Origin: a virus
Virus genome (UHGV): UHGV-0315017
Reading direction: 5' to 3' (one strand)
DNA: 13,309 nucleotides
How positions within the stretch are numbered: position 1 is the first letter of the stretch; every line of letters begins with the position of its first letter. Below the pieces are notes generated by a model. The model made no database searches. It had not been told where the DNA came from and was given only the letters and a program-made list of their open reading frames with translations. Positions 7,021 to 12,129 of this stretch are shown here, in pieces. Made by a program: the position numbers and the translations under genes.

Positions 7021-7299
7021 ATGCACACTTCAGGGAAATTTAATAAATCACTCAAAAAACGCAGAGACAGAACAGAACCGAAATATCGCGCGTTAGACAT
7101 TACAGAGCACGCTTTAAAGGTGGCAATCAGAACGATAGACCGCCACGCGGGGGAAGGATACGCGAAAGCACATCCCGAACTGATAAGCGCATTCATGACC
7201 ACGACGGCGGCAAATTTTGCCACGCTGACAGAGCGGGAGATTGCCGAAGCGGAACAGGTAACAACCATCAACGTTAAAACCGGAGAGGTGGAATCATGA
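7021..7299 (+). CDS. Hypothetical protein (92 aa)
   Basis: GAGGGGG upstream of ATG; coupled to the ssb start (ATGA at 7296-7299). Confidence 0.55.
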   Translation: MHTSGKFNKSLKKRRDRTEPKYRALDITEHALKVAIRTIDRHAGEGYAKAHPELISAFMTTTAANFATLTEREIAEAEQVTTINVKTGEVES

Positions 7300-7706
7300 C
7301 AGCACAGATAGCCGCTTACGGGCGGCTAGTGGACGACCCGCAGGTAAAACAGACCAGCAAGGGCACACCGATGACGCTGGCGCGTATGGCGGTATCGTTG
7401 CCATGTAGTCAGGCGCAGGATGGGCAGGCGACGTTATGGCTATCGGTCATCGCATTTGGTAAGCAGGCCGACTTCCTGGCTAAACATCAAAAAGGCGACG
7501 TTGCCAGCGTATCCGGCACGATGCAGGTCAGCCAGTGGACCGGACAGAACGGGGAAACGCGGCAGGGTTATCAGGTTATTGCAGACAGCGTAATCAGTGC
7601 CCGTGCGGCACGTCCTGGCGGGAACAGACGCAAAACCACAGGCACACAGGGTAATCAGCCACCAGCGGGAGACGATGACCCCTACGGTGATGATATTCCG
7701 TTCTGA
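7296..7706 (+). CDS. ssb: Single-stranded DNA-binding protein (compact, 136 aa)
   Basis: OB-fold-like N-terminal region, Gly/Gln/Pro-rich linker and acidic C-terminal tail DDDPYGDDIPF matching the conserved SSB tail (...DDDIPF). Confidence 0.85.
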   Translation: MTAQIAAYGRLVDDPQVKQTSKGTPMTLARMAVSLPCSQAQDGQATLWLSVIAFGKQADFLAKHQKGDVASVSGTMQVSQWTGQNGETRQGYQVIADSVISARAARPGGNRRKTTGTQGNQPPAGDDDPYGDDIPF

Positions 7707-7714
7707 ACGCACAG

Positions 7715-7736
7715 GCCGGAGAAAATCCGGCTTTTT
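7715..7736 (+). terminator. Rho-independent terminator after ssb
   Basis: GCCGGA gaaaa TCCGGC hairpin plus TTTTT. Confidence 0.75.
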
Positions 7737-7742
7737 GTATCC

Positions 7743-7786
7743 AAAAAAAGCCCGATAAGTACAGGAGGAAGCTTATCGGGCTTTTG
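7743..7786. terminator. Second hairpin terminator (bidirectional: A-run upstream, T-run downstream)
   Basis: GCCCGATAAG ... CTTATCGGGC 10-bp stem, 12-nt loop, then TTTT. Confidence 0.6.
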
Positions 7787-7858
7787 CTTACGAGGTTAAC
7801 AGCATGGTGACTACTGTTGCCGTAAATCATTTCATAATTTGCAACGTAACTCAATTTC

Positions 7859-7908
7859 ATTGCGCAAAATGCAATCCTGATTATAATCAGGACTGGATGA
7901 ACATCCAG
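7859..7908 (+). promoter_or_regulatory. Candidate capsid-operon promoter (TTGCGC - 16 bp - TATAAT) embedded in an 18-bp perfect palindrome, followed by a second palindrome
   Basis: TCCTGATTATAATCAGGA (7875-7892) contains a consensus -10 hexamer; CTGGATGAACATCCAG (7893-7908) follows directly; about 35 nt upstream of the ATG at 7944. Confidence 0.5.
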
Positions 7909-7943
7909 TTATGATTTTTTAAGTCAAAGAGGAATTTCTTACT

Positions 7944-9206
7944 ATGGCTGAAGAGAAAAAAGGCGGTGTTTCGGTGTACATAAGCCCCGACATCGTGAAG
8001 GCGCTCAAGGAACGCCACCAGCAGAACGTAAAAGCAGGCATTGCGGCAGGACTTGACCCGCTGGCGATGGTTGAGCCGTCAACAGGCTGGCAGGTACGCG
8101 CCTATTTACGCGCGGCGCTGGGTATGAATCAGGTTCACGGGGGGGGAATAATGACAGTAAAAGCAATGGCACTTAACACTAACCAGCTTTTTGCGTACCT
8201 GAATCGCGAGGATATTGCGGAATTTAAATTCAGTCCGCTGTTTACCACGCTGTTTTTCCCGAACGTGGCGACATTCAGCACGCAAAACATCATGCTGGAT
8301 ACCCTGGACATTGAAGAAGTCACCATGTCGGCGTTTTGTTCGCCTATGGTGGGTAGCCAGGTTCAGCGCGATAAAGGGTACGAAACCAGCACAATCAAAC
8401 CTGGCTACATGAAGCCAAAGCACGAAATCGATCCAACGAAAACCATCATGCGCATGGCTGGAGAAGATCCGGCACAGCTTAACGACCCTACCTATCGCCG
8501 TATGCGCCTGATTACTGGCAATATGCGCCGCCAGATAAACGCCATAAAAGCGCGCGTGGAATGGCTGGCGGTAAATGCGGTAACGACCGGAAAAAACATC
8601 ATTGAGGGCGAAGGCATAGAGCGCTATGAAATCGACTGGAAGATACCGGAAAAAAACATCATAGAGCAGGCCGACGGTAAAAAATGGTCAGAGCAGGACA
8701 AAGAAATCCACGATCCAATCTATGATATCGAACTATACGCCGATCAGGCAGGTTGCCCCGCCAACGTCATGATTATGGGCGCTGAGGTATGGCGAACGTT
8801 ACGCAGCTTTAAAAAATTCCGTGAGCTGTACGATCTTTCCCGTGGTTCAGAGTCCGCCGCAGAGCTGGCATGTAAAAACCTGGGCGAAGTGGTGAGCTTT
8901 AAAGGCTATCTGGGCGATATTGCCCTTATCGTCTATTCCGGCAAATACGCCGACAGTGACGGCAGAGAAAAATATTTCCTTGAGCCTGATTTGCTTGTCC
9001 TGGGCAACACCAACAATAAAGGGCTGGTGGCCTATGGTGCGATTATGGATCAGGACGCAGTAAGAACGGGGGCAACGCAAAACATGTACTACCCGAAAAA
9101 CTGGATTGAGGACGGAGATCCGGCGATTGAGTACGTGCAGACACACAGTGCACCGCAGCCGGTACCGGCAGTTATTCGCAAATTTGTTACCGTCAAAATT
9201 GGTTAA
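7944..9206 (+). CDS. Major capsid protein, lambda gpE-like, with about 70-aa N-terminal extension
   Basis: Long blocks shared with lambda gpE as recalled: KFSPLF..LFF, PGYMKPKHE, EDPAQLNDPTYRRMR, SFKGYLGDIALIVYSGKY, LVLGNT, YPKNW..GDPA. AGAGGA SD before ATG 7944. Confidence 0.88.
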   Translation: MAEEKKGGVSVYISPDIVKALKERHQQNVKAGIAAGLDPLAMVEPSTGWQVRAYLRAALGMNQVHGGGIMTVKAMALNTNQLFAYLNREDIAEFKFSPLFTTLFFPNVATFSTQNIMLDTLDIEEVTMSAFCSPMVGSQVQRDKGYETSTIKPGYMKPKHEIDPTKTIMRMAGEDPAQLNDPTYRRMRLITGNMRRQINAIKARVEWLAVNAVTTGKNIIEGEGIERYEIDWKIPEKNIIEQADGKKWSEQDKEIHDPIYDIELYADQAGCPANVMIMGAEVWRTLRSFKKFRELYDLSRGSESAAELACKNLGEVVSFKGYLGDIALIVYSGKYADSDGREKYFLEPDLLVLGNTNNKGLVAYGAIMDQDAVRTGATQNMYYPKNWIEDGDPAIEYVQTHSAPQPVPAVIRKFVTVKIG

Positions 9207-9217
9207 CGGGGGATTCT

Positions 9218-9553
9218 ATGGACACTCCATACATTGAGTTATTTGCAGGCAGTCAGCAGGTCGCCACGACGCTGGTACATTTTGCCGCTGATGCTGGCTT
9301 TATTCAGGAATTTACCCCGCTGATGCTGGCGGACAATGGCGAGTTTAAGCCGTGGGATGGTAAGGAATCTGGCAAGGCTGTTTATCTGACCTCGTACCCT
9401 GTGGACACGTCAAAGCAGAAATCAGCACAGTGTTACAAGACGGGGATATTCAATATTGCCGCCGTTAACTGGCCTGAGAGCGTCGACACCGATGCGAAAA
9501 AATGCGCCGCCTTTGCGGGTTCCGGCGTATCCGTTCAGCCGCTGGCCCGATAA
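9218..9553 (+). CDS. Head decoration protein, lambda gpD-like
   Basis: 111 aa; TPLML, WDG, YKTGIF, WPE and KK.AAFAG blocks match lambda gpD (110 aa) as recalled; GGGGG SD. Confidence 0.85.
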   Translation: MDTPYIELFAGSQQVATTLVHFAADAGFIQEFTPLMLADNGEFKPWDGKESGKAVYLTSYPVDTSKQKSAQCYKTGIFNIAAVNWPESVDTDAKKCAAFAGSGVSVQPLAR

Positions 9554-9565
9554 GCAGGGGGAACG

Positions 9566-9979
9566 ATGGCAACGAATGAAAGCATCATGACGCTACCGCT
9601 GGCGAGTAAATTTAAAGCCGAAGCGCGGGCAATGGCTGACAGAGGTTTATCAACCTATGAGGCCGTATATCAACTAAACAAACTGGAAGAGCAGGACAAG
9701 CCGCGCGCTGATGCGATTATGGCGCTTCATGAGCATAAAGACTATCAGCCGCTGTTGCGTGCAATGGCAAACGTGCCTTGTATCGATGTTGGTACGGCTA
9801 AAAGCATCCTTAGCATGACCATAGAGCAGGAACGCCAGAAGGTTGCACCAGAGCTTACCGCAGCCTTTGAAAACTTTATGGACATGCACAGCCCGCAAGC
9901 CGTATCAGCTGGCATGGCATACGATGGCAGAAACCAGGGCGATGACGGCGACATCGATCGCATACTGAAAACCATCTGA
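9566..9979 (+). CDS. Hypothetical protein (137 aa) between the decoration gene and cos
   Basis: AGGGGGA SD; acidic C-terminus (QGDDGDIDRILKTI); no family recognised. Confidence 0.6.
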   Translation: MATNESIMTLPLASKFKAEARAMADRGLSTYEAVYQLNKLEEQDKPRADAIMALHEHKDYQPLLRAMANVPCIDVGTAKSILSMTIEQERQKVAPELTAAFENFMDMHSPQAVSAGMAYDGRNQGDDGDIDRILKTI

Positions 9980-9985
9980 GACAAG

Positions 9986-10009
9986 GCCGGAGAAATCCGG
10001 CTTTTTTTT
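9986..10009 (+). terminator. Rho-independent terminator (near-duplicate of the 7715-7736 hairpin)
   Basis: GCCGGA gaaa TCCGGC plus TTTTTTTT. Confidence 0.8.
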
Positions 10010-10010
10010 A

Positions 10011-10086
10011 CGGGTCCTTTCCGGCATATGGACCCGTTACGGGGCGGCGACCTCGCGGTTTTTCGCTATTTATGAGCTTTTTCAGG
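10011..10086 (+). other. Lambda-type cos site X (cosQ-like, cosN, I2-like); cohesive-end 12-mer at 10042-10053
   Basis: ACGGGTCCTTTCCGG...CCGTTACG|GGGCGGCGACCT|CGCGGTTTTTCGCTATTTATGA closely matches the lambda right-end/left-end junction as recalled (…CGGGTCCTTTCCGGTGATCCGACAGGTTACG | GGGCGGCGACCTCGCGGGTTTTCGCTATTTATGAAA). Confidence 0.8.
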
Positions 10087-10186
10087 GGGGTGGTGGTGGT
10101 TTTGTTGTTTGCTCTATCTTTATGAATGAAAAGGGAAAGATGCAAACAATACACCAACCTGAAGCAGTAATTAAGTTGGTGTATTA

Positions 10187-10729
10187 ATGAAATCGCACCT
10201 GATGAACAAAAAAAACATGGCGAAAAGCTGCCGTGTAAGTGCGACAGCGTTCGACAAGTGGGGAGTGACTCCCGTTGAACGTAAAGGCCGTGAGGCGTTT
10301 TACGATGTTGCCAGCGTGATAGACAATAGGGTTAACAATGCAATTAGCCAGCTTACAAACGACAAAGGCGATATTGATGATGATGAACTCTTACGAGTCA
10401 GGATCAGATTACTGACAGCACAGGCGGAGGCGCAGGAACTTAAAAACGAGCGCGATCGCGGTGACGTGATTGATACTGAGTTTTGCCTGTACGCGCTTTC
10501 AAAGCTGGCGAGTCAGATTTCATCAATCATGGACAGCCTCCCGCTTACTATGCAAAGGAGCTTCCCACAGATTACCCCCGCCATGCTGGATAGGCTTAAA
10601 AGGGAAGTGGTTAAAGCCTGTAATGCCAGTGCCAGAGTTGCCGACAACCTCCCACAGATACTGGCTGATTACTTGAAAGAAACAACCGGAAACGTACCGG
10701 AAAAGTTGCTACAGAAGAAAGGCGAGTAA
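10187..10729 (+). CDS. Terminase small subunit, lambda Nu1-like
   Basis: 180 aa (Nu1 is 181); N-terminal HTH region and central block LTAQAEAQELKNERDRGDVIDTEFCLYALSKLASQISSIMDSLPLTMQRSFP align with lambda Nu1 (LTRAQADAQELKNARDSAEVVETAFCTFVLSRIAGEIASILDGLPLSVQRRFP) as recalled. Confidence 0.85.
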   Translation: MKSHLMNKKNMAKSCRVSATAFDKWGVTPVERKGREAFYDVASVIDNRVNNAISQLTNDKGDIDDDELLRVRIRLLTAQAEAQELKNERDRGDVIDTEFCLYALSKLASQISSIMDSLPLTMQRSFPQITPAMLDRLKREVVKACNASARVADNLPQILADYLKETTGNVPEKLLQKKGE

Positions 10730-10753
10730 CAGACGCGCAATTATTGAACAAAA

Positions 10754-10868
10754 CTGAGAAACGACATGAAAGCGTCATAAATCGCCATTTTAGATGATTA
10801 CCGTGTCGTTTCTTTTTATTGTGTATCTATTTAAAAACAAATAGTTATGTTCGAGAAGTACCGACATG
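10754..10868 (-). promoter_or_regulatory. cosB-like region belonging to cos site Y: R1-like (10754-10768), R2-like (10801-10817), IHF/I1-like AT tract (10821-10844), R3-like (10852-10868)
   Basis: Read on the minus strand from cosN-Y the order is R3-like, I1-like, R2-like, R1-like, as in lambda cosB; cores GTCGTTTCT resemble lambda R sites but differ in their 3' halves. Confidence 0.6.
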
Positions 10869-10874
10869 CTTTTT

Positions 10875-10952
10875 CCAGAAAAATTTTCATAAACAGATAA
10901 AAACCGCGAGGTCGCCGCCCCGTAACGGGCCATAATTCCAGGAAGGACCCGA
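10875..10952 (-). other. Lambda-type cos site Y in inverted orientation; cohesive-end 12-mer at 10909-10920 (minus strand)
   Basis: Reverse complement reads CGGGTCCTTCCTGGAATTATGGCCCGTTACGGGGCGGCGACCTCGCGGTTTTTATCTGTTTATGAAAATTTTTCTGG, about 75 bp near-identical to site X and forming an inverted repeat with it. Confidence 0.8.
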
Positions 10953-10984
10953 CGACACCAGACTATCAGAGCGATGGGGGCACA

Positions 10985-11167
10985 ATGACAGAAGCCGAAA
11001 TACTGGGATTAATCCGCCGTGATGGTATCCAGCTTAATGGCGTGGATATGCGCAACATACGAACCAGAGTTCTTGAGTTGCTGGCCTACCGTCGCCGCGT
11101 TGAGATGTATCGGGAGAAGGAAAAAATTACGTACCACTGGAAGAAGCCGGAGCGGTTGCGGCGGTAA
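10985..11167 (+). CDS. Hypothetical small basic protein (60 aa)
   Basis: GGGGG SD 5 nt before the ATG; Arg-rich; no family recognised. Confidence 0.4.
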   Translation: MTEAEILGLIRRDGIQLNGVDMRNIRTRVLELLAYRRRVEMYREKEKITYHWKKPERLRR

Positions 11168-11231
11168 CTGGTTGATATTTTCGGAAACCTCAATTTGAGG
11201 AGGCCGGAAGCGTCACCCTTTAGATTCTGAA

Positions 11232-11246
11232 TGGTGATAATCACCA
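11232..11246. repeat. 15-bp palindrome TGGTGATAATCACCA (copy 1 of 3)
   Basis: Perfect palindrome; flanked CTGAA...CGCC. Confidence 0.6.
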
Positions 11247-11255
11247 CGCCCAATC

Positions 11256-11290
11256 GTGACGGAGAGTGACAGCCAGTGACACGCCGTGAC
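11256..11290 (+). repeat. Four direct GTGAC repeats at exact 10-bp spacing
   Basis: GTGACggaga GTGACagcca GTGACacgcc GTGAC; one helical turn per repeat. Confidence 0.5.
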
Positions 11291-11399
11291 AAAAGACGGT
11301 TTAACCGTTAATTAAAAATCGACGGGATTTTGTGTTTTCCGGACGACGTGGCCAACGTCATTTTTTAGCGAAAAATTCTGATTAAGGTCATTGTCTGAA

Positions 11400-11414
11400 T
11401 GGTCATAATGACCA
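11400..11414. repeat. 15-bp palindrome TGGTCATAATGACCA (copy 2 of 3)
   Basis: Perfect palindrome, preceded by CTGAA like copy 1. Confidence 0.6.
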
Positions 11415-11494
11415 CGCAGACCATCAAGGCAACCATAACGATTTTCGTTACGGTTGATGTGTGCCTTCGTCCGGCATTCGGACGATATAAGGGA

Positions 11495-11509
11495 TGGTCA
11501 TAATGACCA
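11495..11509. repeat. 15-bp palindrome TGGTCATAATGACCA (copy 3 of 3)
   Basis: Identical to copy 2. Confidence 0.6.
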
Positions 11510-11657
11510 CTCCTACAGAACAGGTAAAACCCACCAGCCTGATTAACAGTTAACCGGAAAAAAATCCGGCATGGGGGGGGAGTGGTTAGCCACGAACAAC
11601 GAATAAGCTGGACACCGCGCCCCCTCTCACGCAGAGAAAAAATTACCGTTTCGTAGT

Positions 11658-11790
11658 AGTTAACATGTTAACTGCCTGATGAAGCGTTGTTGTTGATTTT
11701 GTCTTTATGATTCATCTGGTTGCGAGCAAAAAATGTTAACTACCTTTTTGGTAAAAATGTTAACAGGGCAGAGGTTAACATTAACCTGGC
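11658..11790. repeat. Cluster of GTTAAC-containing motifs including the 16-bp palindrome AGTTAACATGTTAACT
   Basis: AGTTAACATGTTAACT, AATGTTAACTACC, AATGTTAACAGGG, GGTTAACATTAACC read directly in non-coding DNA. Confidence 0.4.
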
Positions 11791-11796
11791 GTAAAT

Positions 11797-11822
11797 CCCG
11801 ATATGGTGATCACCATATCGGG
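11797..11822. repeat. 26-bp perfect palindrome CCCGATATGGTGATCACCATATCGGG
   Basis: Read directly; equals its own reverse complement. Confidence 0.6.
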
Positions 11823-11927
11823 GAACATCCACCAGCTTAAAAACGAATGAGCGAAAAAAAATCCAGGTAGAATCATGGAAGTCGCTAGGGCAATCGCCGT
11901 TTAAATTGTGCATTTTTTCAGCAAATT

Positions 11928-11952
11928 ATTTTAGTTATACGTTTGGTTATAC
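11928..11952 (+). repeat. Arm-type direct repeat TTTTAGTTATACGTTTGGTTATACGG, partner of 604-628
   Basis: 24 of 25 positions identical to the left-end copy. Confidence 0.55.
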
Positions 11953-12003
11953 GGTTTAAAAGTTGAATCAATAATATTTATTAAAATCATGCGGTTACAC
12001 GCT

Positions 12004-12035
12004 AAATTAAACTACTCTCGTGGACCAAAAATCCC
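12004..12035 (+). other. Putative attR core: degenerate copy of the tRNA-Pro 3' end
   Basis: TAAATTAAACTACTCTCGTGGACCAAAAATCCC versus tRNA TTCAAATCCTCTCGTGCCGACCAAATCGCCC. Confidence 0.5.
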
Positions 12036-12068
12036 AAGAAAAAACCAACCTTCACGGTTGGTTTTTTT
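12036..12068. terminator. Bidirectional rho-independent terminator between the island end and the convergent autotransporter-like gene
   Basis: A-run, CCAACC ttcac GGTTGG hairpin, T-run (GTTTTTTT). Confidence 0.75.
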
Positions 12069-12129
12069 ATATCTGCATTTAATTCGATAAACAGACAGCG
12101 ACACATCACGGCCTGTTTATTTTCTGTTA

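Larger units (their letters stand above)
461..12035 (+). mobile_element. tRNA-Pro-integrated satellite-like island (P4/PICI-type integration and replication backbone with lambda-like capsid/cos/terS module)
   Basis: Bounded by tRNA 3'-end direct repeats; integrase immediately downstream of the tRNA; arm-type repeats at both ends; self-contained replication and packaging-recognition genes. Confidence 0.7.

Noticed and set aside
7874-7908. LexA (SOS) box at the capsid-operon palindromes
   Set aside because: Neither palindrome fits CTGT-N8-ACAG; the half-sites are TCCTGAT and CTGGATG.
10011-10952. The inverted cos pair as a site-specific invertible switch (invertase-driven)
   Set aside because: No serine invertase gene is present in or near the segment, and the repeats are cos sequences rather than hix/gix-like sites; homologous inversion remains possible but is not required to explain the sequence.
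461-12035. Classical P4-type satellite late functions (Sid/Psu/Delta), or an IS element or recognisable defence system as island cargo
   Set aside because: No ORF shows features of those proteins, no transposase or terminal inverted repeats of an IS are present, and the only NTPase motif is the primase-helicase Walker A.
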